This document shows, in pieces, positions 25,101 through 35,311 of a DNA stretch of 64,000 nucleotides. How positions within the stretch are numbered: position 1 is the first letter of the stretch; every line of letters starts with the position of its first letter. The translations under genes were made by a program, and so were the position numbers. The stretch spans positions 1 through 64,000 of the forward strand of contig OZ025762.1 of the NCBI GenBank assembly GCA_964019335.1, in the 5' to 3' direction. The DNA is from Diplonema japonicum. Lineage: Eukaryota; Protista; Euglenozoa: Diplonemea. The notes under the pieces are model-generated. The model had not been told where the DNA came from. It searched no databases and saw only the letters and a program-made list of their open reading frames with translations.

Positions 25101-26973
25101 CTTGTGGGAGCCCCCAGGCGGCGAGATCTTCATCATATGCAACGCCTCCGTCATGCGGTTGGAGATTGAAGCAAGACGCTGCTTGCTGGCGTTTTCCAAG
25201 AAATCGACGACTACAGGAATCCGTGAGTTCACATCTGGAGCACGACAATTCTTGGTGGAACATATTCTGAACCACCGATCGGGGAATCTGGAAACATGGC
25301 GTTGCAGCTCCTGCCCCGACGCAGTGAACTCAGTGACGGACGCTCTCTGCACGGATTGCGGAGAGCCTTACGAGTCCAGCAACACGACGGAATACTGGCT
25401 TGAAAGGCTTCAAGCAGACACGTCGATTCAGAAGCTTTTCGGTGTACACGACGCGACCGAGCGGGAAGCCGTGTTCAAGCTGTGGCGGTACCAACCGTTC
25501 TCAACCATCTTGGAGTATCTCTTGGAGCCGAACCAGCTCACCGACGACATGTACCTCCCTGCTAGGGCGTTGAACTCGTACCTCGGGTCGAAGATCACGT
25601 TTTACTTCCTGTTCGCCGCGTTTTACATGTCATGGCTGCTGCCTTTAATAGTCTCCGGGTTGTTCTTCACCTTCTTTCAAATCTACAACAATGAAGTCGA
25701 CAATTCTGTGACGGTTGTCAATGGCGTCTTCGTGATCCTCTGGGCGAGCCTGTGCGTGAAGAGGTGGCGGAGAAAAAGCAGCGAGTATTCGTATTTATTC
25801 CGAACGCGTGACCACGAGAGGCTCGTCACACCGTCGTCGGAGTTCCTTGTGAAGAATGAAGATCTGCCAATAAGACGCCACCCCGTCACAGGGCTGGGTG
25901 AGCCCGACTACACGTGGCTGGACAGGCTGCCGAGGCAAATAGCAAGCTGGCTGGTCACGTTGCTTATGATTTCAATCGTCGGTGTTGTGATGTACGCGAA
26001 CTACCTGTTCAGAACCTATCTGGACAGCGACGGTGAGGACTGGGCGATGCAGATTGTGGCTGGTGTTGAGAACGCCATCAGCGTGATTATCCTCGACGCT
26101 CTTTACAAGCATGTGGTGGAGGCCTTGTGCGACTGGGAGAACCACAGAACGGTTCACGACAAGCAACAGTCATTGACAGCGAAGTGGTTCGGATTTCAGT
26201 TTGTGAACGGGTTCTCCGGGCTGACCTTAACCATGCTGACGGGCACGCCTCGAGAGCTTCTCACACAGCTTGCTTCGCTGCTCCTCACACAAGCCTTCGT
26301 GTCCGTCATCAAGGAAAAGCTTCTCATCGCCGGCATCCTCCGGCTCCGTAACAAACGGGCAAACATACACACTTTCGACGACGACAGGGAGGCCATCATG
26401 GTGGCGGACTCGCAGAAACCAGTTGGCCGCAACTGGCTCTTCGAGGACTACTCAATGATCTGCCTGCAGTTCACATACACCATCTCGTTCGCGTCTGTTC
26501 TCCCATCAGCGCCCGTCTTCGCCTTCATAGCCAGCTTAATCGAACTACAAGGTGATTTGTATAAGTACCTCTACCTGGGGCAACGAACTAGCCCCGAAAA
26601 GGCGTCCGGGATAGGGATATGGTTAGTTGTCTTGGATGCCGTCACGTTGGCTGCGATTCCGTATAACGCACTGGCCATCTTCCGTCAGGGGGAAGCGTGG
26701 AAGAGGCACACGTGGCTGAAGGAGTTGTACACCGAAAGCACAGCGTGTCAGGCCACGGCAGGGTCACTCAGCTTGGTCCTTGCGCTGTTCTTCATTAAGG
26801 TCATGGTCAGCAATTTCATCGAAAGCAACGCACGGTGGGTACACGAAGCCGAGCTTCGGGTCCGATTCATGTCGAGAAACAAAAAGATCACCGCCCCTGA
26901 TGTCCATGGTGCCACCCCCACTCCAAAAGCCTCCGACACTAGGATTATAACGGTGCAAGCTGCAATCCAATAA
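19162..26973 (+). CDS. Giant ankyrin-repeat / PDZ-like / RanBP2-ZnF / anoctamin (TMEM16) fusion protein
   Basis: Multiple ankyrin clusters (GHTPLYNAC, GNTPLINAC, GETPLFTAA), a PDZ-like segment (YLGVSL...GILRQGDIVTKIG), and WRCSSC..VN....CTDCGEP. C-terminal anoctamin motifs: YLGSKITFYF, WENHRT, FQFVN, FEDY..CLQF, IELQGDLYK, ASGIGIW. Confidence 0.88.
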   Translation: MELDPLTKAVREEDIDKFKELWEEADGEQALLAGVLMGGKVEDAEGYQYMLRRLLDTVDPNWRSSRDDGLLSLGIRSAVPGIGDGSTQQATLQTGDNVITRLPDCTLGSFGDIWMPGVIVDSREDTLRVHIPYSGTTNQIPPGFTSAVYDRISDMQELTPGLSVLIRVPDLSSAAEIALSSSGQHGPEARSHGTSFTKHRLPSSLVDVWVEATLSAYNNRGGYDVMLKDATVQLNRSAEDIRALGKVNTLGYEPIADSLIAIGQHVRVIEKGTGGSWKGVIKGRNASGGYEVLYPADGDFETDVPLSELFVPIDEPHGDGGGRVVVTELLKRDCLVSGSQGLQVACKRNNLQAVTAIVENTANPYLGVSLKIVETGLSVQFVDPSGPSSGILRQGDIVTKIGSVRTVDFSEPFYQPYVRPHEVATLSVLRTTGIYEEAQVTPRTNDVDHNETYLRQTAMELTRSEDIAKLLISIGGWMGACRAVSRGWYDAGVMLLNETEQNVNEIYKGSHALEIACYDGHIPMATQLLEKGADPNSSSSLGHTPLYNACCCSTYSARLRLVTILLHHGAAPHGTRSMAALLAMPVAVWRYPQHVLQNTPTGWTVSKVIQASKTTYTLLADNEITETADPVTLASWHPTCSVLYKDKPAVVQLSSIPNLTIALKTANSIIESPLWEVTDLRKDSVLLEICKMLCGDSTATDTVTPRYRPVDLTERHKGDSVFELVDSEELALYLMQTSISRGASASVLCRVHPSYAAGKGWLKVLEELRKLDNPKVDWDDVDHLGMPPVANAIVSSRIDVLQFLLNAGANADSETYDGRHFTLLAVELGDAAVDYLKLLNSSTTHKILRKRDSGALGLASKIGSAEVVSFLLENGASIKSRYGKHLSYEWACIEPSLSKESILLRLMEKSAVPNMAEVVASGYTTALQSMLEKGGSSWVNHRARSTGNTPLINACITGNIDAVQHLIEKSDVDATNDEGRCSLFAACGLSDTELGSEIVGKLLKAGAKVAASEAVPYAASLQNTKCLQLLLSENTCNPNEKFNTLTALDYSMEHPLTCSILATNTDLEVTVADLALLGSEFFDPLEVAIAHGEGIEIDDIDDDFGRTALGWVCMERCSTNLISLHPTEALYCQSNSWKPCTAILQPEGHSCRIVLSGSDENLHVPISRVVERDEYPHAFKGVSVLVCVGDEAWQPGRIVSVEGTAARVEVFGTSEIVEVGLERLNKIHNKTLFVAKLLHQHGADVNAVDSVGKSVLHLSVEVGDDETTAWIIENHGDVRSSGAVIAAVQRGSRPILELLLSRGGSLAEPWHGKYPAMVASDHHIMQMIVDTLEAIQYDVPEEAVPLVADCTRQGWGDIVKQIVQSQPELARKPGSGGVTAIEATCKRGDADILKTLLEAGTRVEESNALGETPLFTAARAGFRDCVEVLLETCHPYSTRALPVAAACGHFEIVELLFKRIEEDDTGKKRDAATETFNGRDALMTAATQTDALLLLQILQGYADDTHLLFFATSGWAEAVDALLSHENAIVTTDGLWRVSDALSRHLSLWPKLTQGVAKNTPECVVVDLQTQEKWHGTIISQRDHRGEHVFTVEYDDATEEEVFGCEIFHIDEQDADAKGRDSWWAIFRKILKFCSGRSIQYARILRIMGTSDPVLNLVQSLRVTSRHGLRLYVEGVREGLPLLFDPSFASLQQNLKKHLCVNPTEPDRLDLFMTLYRKGKGIVAESALSLACKHRWVEAVFEILRTNPKVHSEPNACHYVVNQARDAFTAASESVLAQLSEILDGLVLAGFPFRETDLLMIYKLKLGQQALVEMERSVSLPPECHQLRWTVGVQREHITLTDKGTVLQSQRDALSLGLLHIAAYHNNAACILSILDATGGHGATEFDNNAASCLPRDYTTSMECHDILLSAEQKTGRIPEIEDIDLVIGVEMGDYEIDLSAKLSKWISNLLGGKKTAEKKTRLGKVQIKRMIEELGVGAFLWEPPGGEIFIICNASVMRLEIEARRCLLAFSKKSTTTGIREFTSGARQFLVEHILNHRSGNLETWRCSSCPDAVNSVTDALCTDCGEPYESSNTTEYWLERLQADTSIQKLFGVHDATEREAVFKLWRYQPFSTILEYLLEPNQLTDDMYLPARALNSYLGSKITFYFLFAAFYMSWLLPLIVSGLFFTFFQIYNNEVDNSVTVVNGVFVILWASLCVKRWRRKSSEYSYLFRTRDHERLVTPSSEFLVKNEDLPIRRHPVTGLGEPDYTWLDRLPRQIASWLVTLLMISIVGVVMYANYLFRTYLDSDGEDWAMQIVAGVENAISVIILDALYKHVVEALCDWENHRTVHDKQQSLTAKWFGFQFVNGFSGLTLTMLTGTPRELLTQLASLLLTQAFVSVIKEKLLIAGILRLRNKRANIHTFDDDREAIMVADSQKPVGRNWLFEDYSMICLQFTYTISFASVLPSAPVFAFIASLIELQGDLYKYLYLGQRTSPEKASGIGIWLVVLDAVTLAAIPYNALAIFRQGEAWKRHTWLKELYTESTACQATAGSLSLVLALFFIKVMVSNFIESNARWVHEAELRVRFMSRNKKITAPDVHGATPTPKASDTRIITVQAAIQ

Positions 26974-27403
26974 GTAGGTTTTTTTTTGCGAAGGGGGGGG
27001 GGGGGGGGGGGCGGAATAGAAGCCATCTGTGTTCTTTCTTTCTCCTATTTTTTATTTTAAACTAGAGTCAGTTTTTTTTGAACCCCCCTCTTGTGAAAGA
27101 GATAACACCCCCTCCCCTTTTTTTTCTTCTACTTATTCTTCTTATTCTGTTTTCACTTATTGTACTTTCGCCTTTCGCCGCGGGGAAAAAAAAAAAAAAA
27201 AGAAATCTTTCGTCTTCGTTCTTCCCAGTTTTCTGTTTTTTTTCTTCTTCTCTTTTCGCTTTCTCTTTCTTCACAAGTTCTCATATAAAAAATAAAAAGA
27301 AAAAACAAAAATCCAAAATAAAAAAAAAGCGATTCCACTTGGGGTGCCTAGTCGGTTCCGGAGTTGAGGTGGTAGTGGTGGAGGAGAGTACCGTCACGCA
27401 AGC

Positions 27404-30400
27404 ATGGGGTGTGTAAGCACGAAAACCGAGCGAGTGCACTCAGCAAAAGATCTCGGGAAATCTGTGCACACGGCAGGCAAGTGTTCAGATACGGAGAACA
27501 GCACCTTATCGAGCGCAAGCATGGACACGAAGAAGAAGAAGAAAGGGAAAAAGAAGGGGAAGAAGAAGAACGTGAAGAACGAGACGGCGTCTCCGGAAGC
27601 AACGCTCGCAATCCAAAAAGAAATCGTGGAGAAGTCCTGGAAATGCGTTGCCTCACAGGGGAAGACGGTAGGCCAGCTTCTCCTTGAGAAAATAGTTACG
27701 GAGAAACCAGACCTCGCCGGTCTTTTCGTAAAGTCAAAACGAGCACATGTTGGCACAGCTATGGTGAGATTCCTCTCCCATATAACTGTTAATCTCGCTT
27801 CACGCGATTTCACTGAAGTCTCCGTGGCGCTTGAACAACTGGGTGCACTGCACCACAGGTACACAGTCATACCTGACGAATACCTTTCGGTGTTCAAATC
27901 GGCGGTTTTTTGTTTCGTCGCAAAATACGACCTTACGTGGTGTTCTGAGACAGAATGCGCATGGGAAACCTTCTGGGAGTTGGTCTCAACTCACTTCCTG
28001 ACAGGGTACAGAGACGCTGCTGAGGCAAGCCTCCGGAGAAACCCGTTGAAACGCCCTCCCAACTCCATCGACTTACCGCGGACGTCTTCCTTCAACCGAA
28101 TATGGAACCTTGAAAAGGAGAAGTTGATTCAGAACACGTTGAAACTGCTGATGGAAGGGTGCGAAGAGGCTCGAGGACTTCTCCCGTCGGAGAAGCTCGC
28201 TCCGATGGCGAAAAGGATAGTAGCAAGCTTGGACAGGGTGCTCGCAGGCGAGGACGAGCTAGCCCAAATAGTCACTGCACACAAGACAAATAACATAGCC
28301 GAGGTGATGTTGGACTGTTTCATGCGTTGCTTTCGAGCATCTGTTGGATCCATGGATAAGGCAGACAAGGTTGTCTCGTTTGTGGAATTTACCGTGGACA
28401 GAATCATCCAAGCACAGCGCCATGACGCGTCCTTCCCCCCCCACGCCAACGATATTGTTGCATCGACTTGGAGGCAGACCAAAGAGACCCTCCCGCAGAT
28501 CTTTTTCGAGGAGGTCTTGTCGTCCAGCCCTCCCCTCCGCCCCTTCGCCATCAACCTCAGCTCGATGCTGGTTCCGTTTTGTACCGCAATGGATGAAATT
28601 ATCGAGCTTCTTGGTGATTCGACCGCGCTTCAGATATACCTCACCCGGCTTGTTCTCGGGCATTATTTCCTTGAGATCACAGTGGATGACTTTTCCGCAG
28701 CGGAAATCGTGTTTCACAGAATCATGAAGGAGCTCTTAGGAGAGGAGCACACCCCCGACGTGAAGAAGTCTTGGGAAATGTTGTGGGAGGCGATCATCAA
28801 CGTAACGAAACAGACGAACTTCATCAAACAAGCTCACCTGCAGACCGCGGCTGTGATATGGAAACGTATCGTCGATCACGACAAGCAGCAGCTTTGCATA
28901 GCAACGCTGAGGCATCTCTTCAAAGAGGAGCTACCAGCTGAAAAACTGACGGGCTTGATCTTAAACATGATGACAACGGCTTTACTCGACGAGAGCCCCG
29001 AGATCCCTGCAATGCTGCGGCTCAGCGGGCAGCGACACTCCTCGATTATCTCGATTGAACAACTCGACGATTTCGGCCGTGTCTTCTCAGAGCTCCTTCG
29101 AGAGCAGTCGCAACTGTCCAACAAAGCATGGGTAAGCTGGAACGAAATATTCTCCGGTATCATAGCGACGATCAGAAGCGGGATGGTTCTCCCTGACATG
29201 GACTGGCTTTTCAGCCGGAAAGACGACTTGCAAGCTCTGCTTGAAATATGGGACAAAGACCCGGAGGGGTTCCACACGGGCGACTTCCTAATCCGAGGCC
29301 TGCAGTACTACCCGACGTTCAGAGAAAAGTACCCCGGCATCGTGACGCAGCAGTTTGGCAAAACACTGATGGATTTCTTGAAGGAAACTGTCGAGGCGTT
29401 TGCAGCAGGCGACAGGAATGCGGTCGAATCGTTGCTAAAGAAGCTGCGAAAAATCCATGAGAACATATGGCCCGCCCCTGAGGAACACGACGCGTTTGGA
29501 AAGGTGGTTTTGAACACGCTGACAATGCATTTTGGGGTGCAGCATAGCGAACTTATATGGGGTGTTTTCGCAGTGCTTGGTGATGTGGTGTACAAACCGA
29601 AGGCGGCGAAGGTGGTTGCAAAGGATCACTCCACAGTGGTGCAAAGCTGGGAGAACGAGATACGACCCGCGATTTTAAAGGTTGAGAATGTGAGCCCCGA
29701 GTGCTTGGCGTTCATCGTGGACCAAGTGGAGTCCCCCGACACCGCTGCCGACGCCCCGCCGTTGCCGCCCGCAGAATTCTTCGTATTAACAACAGCCGAT
29801 GTGTTCGATGCAATTTTAATGGAAGACTCCATCGAACTAATGGTTATGAAATGGGGGGTCAGCCAAGCTGCCGGACTCAAAGTACCCAGTGGTGGTGAAA
29901 AAAACGTTTTAGAGGCGGATTGGTCGAAGGTTAAGAACAAGGAAAAAGTGCTTCGGGGTATATTTAAAAAGCTCAACCAGCCTTTCCCCCCTGCCGACAC
30001 GATTATTGAATTCATAGATGTGCTCTGCAAGTGTTCCCTGACGAAGCTGTTGGGGCACTCGAGGAAGGCACGGCTTGTCCCACAGCATGAGAAGCTGCAA
30101 TGGTCGGATTTTAATGCGTTCTTCACGTGTCTCGTCAAAGAGGTGTCGAGCTCTTCCACGCTCCCCATGTGGAAGCCCTGGGCCACCGTTGCGACGCATG
30201 TCATTTCCTTGCACCCGCCGCTCACGCTGCAAGCAGTGTCCCAGCACAACCATCGCGACGATTGCTTCATCGTGGTGAGGAACAGGGTGTACAACGTGAC
30301 GAAGTTCTTGAAGGACCACCCGGCGGGGCAGTCGGCGATTTTGAAACACGCAGGCAAGGATGTCTCGGATATCTTCAAAAGGGTGCATTCCAAGAGTGCT

Positions 30401-30430
30401 TGGAAGCGGTTGGAGGTATTTTTGTTGGAA

Positions 30431-30462
<32 letters not shown>

Positions 30463-30484
30463 CCTAGGAATGGTTTATCGGTGA
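27404..30484 (+). CDS. Multi-globin-domain protein with C-terminal cytochrome b5 domain and N-terminal acylation signal
   Basis: MGC start plus a polybasic patch. At least 4 globin-like repeats have a proximal-His motif (LGALHHRY, LVLGHYF, SGQRHSS, LRKIHEN). The b5 domain reads DCFIVVRNRVYNVTKFLKDHPAG...AGKDVSDIFKRVHS. The exact 3' end is uncertain because of a poly-A run. Confidence 0.82.
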
Positions 30485-30589
30485 CCTTGCAGTTCTTTAG
30501 TGAAGGGGGAGGGGCGGTTTGTCACTGTAATTGTTGTATCGGTTCGGTTTTTTCTCTCTCTTTTTTTTTTTCTTTTTTTTTCTTTACAG

Positions 30590-30900
30590 AAACGATTGAC
30601 ATCGAAAAGAAGGCGATGAGGATCAAGCGGATCCTGGATACGCTGCAAGCGACGTGGTTGATGCACAAGAGGAGGCGCGCTTTTCCGGCGCAGTCATGCA
30701 AGAACGTGAGATCACTACGATCCATTGGCCGCGACCACGTCGTTGGATTTGATGATGGGCCCTGTTTGCATCGGGGCCGACGGCGACCGCTGAAAGGACT
30801 GAGAAAAGATTACCGGAAAGAAAAAATTGGAAGATATAATCATAAGGTAGGCACGCCACCGCGGTGGGCCGTTGCTAACCATGGCACTTCGTTTCCTGTT
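30590..30900 (+). repeat. Dispersed repeat fragment, also at ~45646-46000
   Basis: Shares ACGATTGAC...GATCAAGCGGATCCTGGATACGCTGCAAGCGAC...GCCGTTGCTAACCA with the second copy. Frameshifted coding-like relic of unknown origin. Confidence 0.8.
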
Positions 30901-31174
30901 GTAGTAATTTCTTTTTTTGAGACAACCTTTTTTTTTTTTTAAACTCACGCGATGGCCGTTTCCTATCGTGGTGACTATTCTTCCTCTCTTTTTTTTTTAT
31001 CCGTTATCACTTCTGTCACTGTGATCGAGGAAACACCACGATTGGCACCGACAAAGAGGCGGTGAGGATGAATCTGTTTGCAAAGGGATACGAGGGAAAT
31101 ACAAACTTCAGCTGGGCACTGCCATCATAAAGTAGGAACACACTGCGATGGGCAGTTGCCCCCCCCCCCCCCCC

Positions 31175-31367
31175 AGGGTTATGTTGACAAGGAAACGCGT
31201 TTCCGAGTTTTTTTTTTTTTTTTTTTTTTTTTGAAAACAACGGAACGTTTCCTTATTTCAGGGAAAGGGAACACGTTCCGTCTGAGAAGGAAACATGTTT
31301 CCTTTTGTATCTGAAAAATAAGGAAACGGATACGGAAACGTTTCCCCGTTTCTTGCCAAAAGCCCCA
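31175..31367. repeat. MITE-like element with internal GGAAACGTTTCC palindromes; related end at 41032-41129
   Basis: Left end CAGGGTTATGTTGACAAGGAAACG; the right end reverse-complements to GGGCTTTTGGCAAGAAACG. TAGGGCTATGCTGGCAGGAAACG at 41032 is similar. Confidence 0.55.
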
Positions 31368-32168
31368 TGCAATGGTTTTTCAGTTTTTCCAAAAAACGCT
31401 TTTCTAAGGCCATTTGGCTGTGACGAGGTGCCCTGTGACGAGCAGCCACGTGGTAGGATTTATTCCAGTGCTGCATACCAGCCCGCTGACACGGGTATTC
31501 GTCTTGCTGCACTTGCTCCGCAGCTGTGACATTGGGCCCGAGAGGAGTGGTGTTGCGGAGCATCCTCCTGCATTGGGCCCGAGAGGAGTGGTGTTGTGGA
31601 GCATCCTCCTGCATTGGGCATCAAAGGTCCCCCCACCCTTTTGAGCCGTTCGGGGGCGAGGGGCAACATGGGGTGAAGTTCGAGACAGTGTGCGTCTCTG
31701 TCCCCAACCCCGACCACTGCGATAGGGTTGTTGGTGGCGTGGGGCCGTCGAGGTGGGCGCTCCTCGGGCAAAGCCCAGATCTCGATCAGAACGTGTTTCG
31801 TGGCGGGTTTGGGTCAAAGTATATGGTCAAAATGGCCTTAGAATAGCGTTTTTTTTTCTTTTTTCTTTTGTGGAAAAACTGAAAAAAACCACCTTTGCAT
31901 GGGACTTTAGGGGTTTGATCCCCCCCCCCCCCCCTTCTATTTTGTGTTTACACACAATTTCGTGGGAAGGCTCTTTCTTTTCTGGTTCTTGTTTAAGGAA
32001 GGCAGTGCGAAAGAAGTAGAAAAAAAAAAGATCTCTACTGGGGTTTTTTCTTTTATTCAAATCCCCCCCCCCCCCCCCCCCCCTCATATTATCAAAGCAA
32101 AGAAAAAACGCATACACAAAAAAGGTCCCCCCCCCCCCCCTTTACACAAAAAAGAAGAAAAAAAAATA

Positions 32169-33245
32169 ATGTTAACATGCTGCCTGCAAAACCCTTCAGT
32201 GATGAAGGGAACGCAGACGATGCTAAGCCGGACAGAGTTCAGCAACCCGGACATCCGAGATCTGGGGGAGAAGGACCTGGACGTGGACCTCACATACGAA
32301 ACGCTGCGCATCGTGGCGGACCCGACCAGAATCTTCGACATCAAGCAGTGGGTCGGGAACCTGCATATGTACGAGATGTGGGAGGCAACGGACGTCCGAG
32401 ACGGCAAACGCGTCCTGGTCAAAACGATAGTCAAAGACACGCAAAACGGAGAAAAATGCCTCAGGCAAGAAGACGCTGTCTCAGCGCAGACGGTCTACAA
32501 CCTTGACACCAATGCGTCACCGTTCATTGCCAGTGTGTACGGCCTCTTTGAGCAGTACCCTGTAAGATGCGGGCTGAATTTCTGGGGGACGAAAATCTGG
32601 CTTGTGCAAGAATACCCCGGTGGGACCAGCCTGCTCGACTGGTTAATCCACAAACACCCGCACCAGGAACACACGAGAGTCTCCTCAGGGGTCGGAAACG
32701 AAAGAACCATCGCCAAAATACTAAGGCAGGTCCTGTCCGGTGTGCGTGAAGCCCACGCCGCGCACACCGTCCTCCGCAACGTCTGCACTGCAAACGTTTT
32801 CATCTCGTCATCAGAGTCCGTTAAAATACACGATTTCTGGTACACTGTGGAGCTCCCGGAGACTTCTGACCCTTCACATGCATGCTTCCATTCCACAGTG
32901 TGGGCTGGGTACCCGTCGTGCTTGTCGCCAGAGAGTCTTATTGGGACTTATTACCAAGCAGGGGACATTTGGTCTTGTGGGGTGATGGCGCTTGAGCTTG
33001 GGATGGGGGTGAACCCTTTCACTGCGATAGCCGTGGACTGCTTGCAGGAGGGGATCTCCTTGACGGTGGCGAACAAGCTTCGAAAGTGTATCTCGGAGGC
33101 CGCCGCGAACCTGGAGATATTGCCCAGAGGGGGCGTCGAGTGGTCGCAGAACTACAAGGCGTTCACGAAGATGATGCTGCACCCGAACCACACACTCCGC
33201 CCGACAGCTACCGAGCTGTTGCAACATCCGTTTTTGAAGCAGTGA
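32169..33245 (+). CDS. STE20-like probable pseudokinase
   Basis: VLVK, IWLVQEYPGGTSL, LSPE, DIWSCGVMALELGMG and RPTATELLQHPF are present. HRD is replaced by LRN, DFG by DFW, and there is no Gly-rich loop. Confidence 0.82.
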   Translation: MLTCCLQNPSVMKGTQTMLSRTEFSNPDIRDLGEKDLDVDLTYETLRIVADPTRIFDIKQWVGNLHMYEMWEATDVRDGKRVLVKTIVKDTQNGEKCLRQEDAVSAQTVYNLDTNASPFIASVYGLFEQYPVRCGLNFWGTKIWLVQEYPGGTSLLDWLIHKHPHQEHTRVSSGVGNERTIAKILRQVLSGVREAHAAHTVLRNVCTANVFISSSESVKIHDFWYTVELPETSDPSHACFHSTVWAGYPSCLSPESLIGTYYQAGDIWSCGVMALELGMGVNPFTAIAVDCLQEGISLTVANKLRKCISEAAANLEILPRGGVEWSQNYKAFTKMMLHPNHTLRPTATELLQHPFLKQ

Positions 33246-33266
33246 TTTCTTTTCTTTTTTTTTTTT

Positions 33267-33400
33267 GGTGGGGGTAACATGGATATATAAGAACCAGCGC
33301 CCGAGTGGAAGAACGTATTGCAGGCAGCAAACTGCACGAGCGAAGAATCTTGGTTACCCGGGACGCCCTGGCTAGGGTTGAGTTGCACACCGCATGCAAG
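33267..33400 (+). mobile_element. Internally deleted ribozyme-retroposon copy starting 22 nt after a stop codon
   Basis: GGTGGGGGTAACATGGATATATAAGAA joins directly to AGCGCCCGAGTGG, so the P2/P3 core is missing. Confidence 0.8.
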
Positions 33401-34030
33401 GCAGTCCACGCTACGTTGCATGCTTAACGCCACTTAGTGTTGCAATCAAAGCCCCATTTTTCTTTTCTTTTTTTTTTTGGTGGAAAAGTGGTGATTTTTT
33501 TCTTTCTTTGCATTTTTTTTTTTTTGAATTTCTTTTTCTGAAGGGCAGGGAGGTGTTTTACACGTTTTATTTTTATTTTTATTTGGACTGAAAGTACACG
33601 CCCCCCCCCCCCCCCCCCCCCCCTGCATACATAGCGTGATTTTAACGTTATTATTAGTGGTTGTTTTGGAGAAAAAAAAAAAGAAAACAAAAAAAGGCAC
33701 ACATTTTTGTTAACACACCCCCCCCCCTTTTTTTTCCTCCTTAGAAGTAACGGTTATCGGTGCTGCTATACCGGAAACGTGCTATTTAAAGTTTATTTTT
33801 CTTGTGAGGATGCACTCTGGGGGGGGGGGGGGGGGGGTGCTCCCACCAAAAAATGTGAAACGACTTTTTTTCCAACGACAACCTGAGCGTCTTCTCCTTT
33901 TTTTTTTTCCTCTCCTTTTTTTTTTTTTGATAATTTCTTAGTTTTTCTTTTCTTTTTTTTCTTTACACTCCTTGTCCCCCCCTCCCCTTCTCTTTCAGTG
34001 GTATTTTTTTTTCTTCTCATCTCGTGCACG

Positions 34031-34064
<34 letters not shown>

Positions 34065-34077
34065 CACCCCCAAAGAA

Positions 34078-34632
34078 ATGGACATTTTCCTCCTGAAGTC
34101 TGCTGGATATATCTTTGTGTTTTTTCTGCTGCTCAGCTCTGCAGGTGTCGCTGGTCCGTTGTATAACACTGTAGCAAGGTTGGACGATGGCAGTTTGGGG
34201 GATGTAGAGGTGGGGGTGTTTGGATACACTCTTTGTGTTGGAAAGGAGTGCGGGAGGCGATTCGCGTGTGAGGGGCTTGAAAGGGCTTTCAGTGTGGGGA
34301 GGGGTTTGTACGCCTGGTGCTTAGTCACTACGATAGTAGCGTGTGTGTCGTGGGCCCTGCGTGCAAATGGGACTTTTACGTTGATAATCGAGACCACCTG
34401 CGCTTTATCACTGCTGGCAGCGACAGCACTACTACTCTTTCCGCCCCTTCTCTCTTGGTGTAATTCCGGTGTAGTATTTGAATCTGTAACCTATAAACAG
34501 AGCTCTGCCTGCATCTACTTCTGCCTTCTAGCCTTTGTTCTCATTCTGCGGTTGGGCCACCCTGATCCAGATCCTTCAGATGCTATCCTGTACAAGAGTG
34601 TTGCTGCTGAAGATGATGATGATTCGGTTTGA
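34078..34632 (+). CDS. Small ~4-TM membrane protein (amastin/claudin-like topology)
   Basis: Four hydrophobic segments, a Cys-containing first loop (GVFGYTLCVGKEC), and an acidic tail. Confidence 0.65.
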   Translation: MDIFLLKSAGYIFVFFLLLSSAGVAGPLYNTVARLDDGSLGDVEVGVFGYTLCVGKECGRRFACEGLERAFSVGRGLYAWCLVTTIVACVSWALRANGTFTLIIETTCALSLLAATALLLFPPLLSWCNSGVVFESVTYKQSSACIYFCLLAFVLILRLGHPDPDPSDAILYKSVAAEDDDDSV

Positions 34633-34784
34633 TGAGTTAAAAAAAAAAAAAAAAGAAACTTTTCGCTTTGTGCACAAACAAACAATTTTTTTCTGTGGGG
34701 GGGGGGAAAAAAACACTGTTTACGGTAGGCAAAAAGAAGAATTTCTTTCCCACTAAAAGTGTTCTCCCCCCCCCCCTTTTTTTT

Positions 34785-34871
34785 GGTGGGGATAACATGG
34801 ATATATAAGAAGTACATCAGATGTGTTGTTCGCTGTTGACCTCCTCGTCGGTCATCACCGGTGGCACCCGA
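34785..34871 (+). mobile_element. 5' fragment of the ribozyme retroposon
   Basis: GGTGGGGATAACATGG...GACCTCCTCGTCGGTCATCACCGG, truncated in P4. Confidence 0.85.
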
Positions 34872-35084
34872 TCTCTTATATTCTTTTCTTTCCCTACTTC
34901 TTTTCTTCTTCCGTCATTTACACCACCTAGGATGCCCCCTCCACCCTCTCTTTTTTTTCATTCCTATCCCCCCCCCCTCTTTTTTTCCCTTTTTTACACC
35001 TCATATCTCTAAAACTTCCGATGGATGCCTTGAATGTCAGATTTCTTTTTTTTAAATCTTTTTTTCTCTCTCAGCCGTCTTTTG

Positions 35085-35128
<44 letters not shown>

Positions 35129-35258
35129 CTTTGGAATCATTTCGGAGAAATCCCTCTATGTTATGCATTCCGGACCTTGCTTGACGGGGTTTTAGAGATA
35201 TGAGGCATCTTTTACCCTTTCTTAGTGCGTATTTCCTCGCCGATTTGAAGCAAGGTTC

Positions 35259-35289
<31 letters not shown>

Positions 35290-35311
35290 AGAGCAACACA
35301 GGGGGAGGGGA

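Noticed and set aside
31530-31620. 41-bp direct repeat (and a 46-bp repeat at 57363-57455)
   Set aside because: Simple two-copy local duplications without spacers or further structure.
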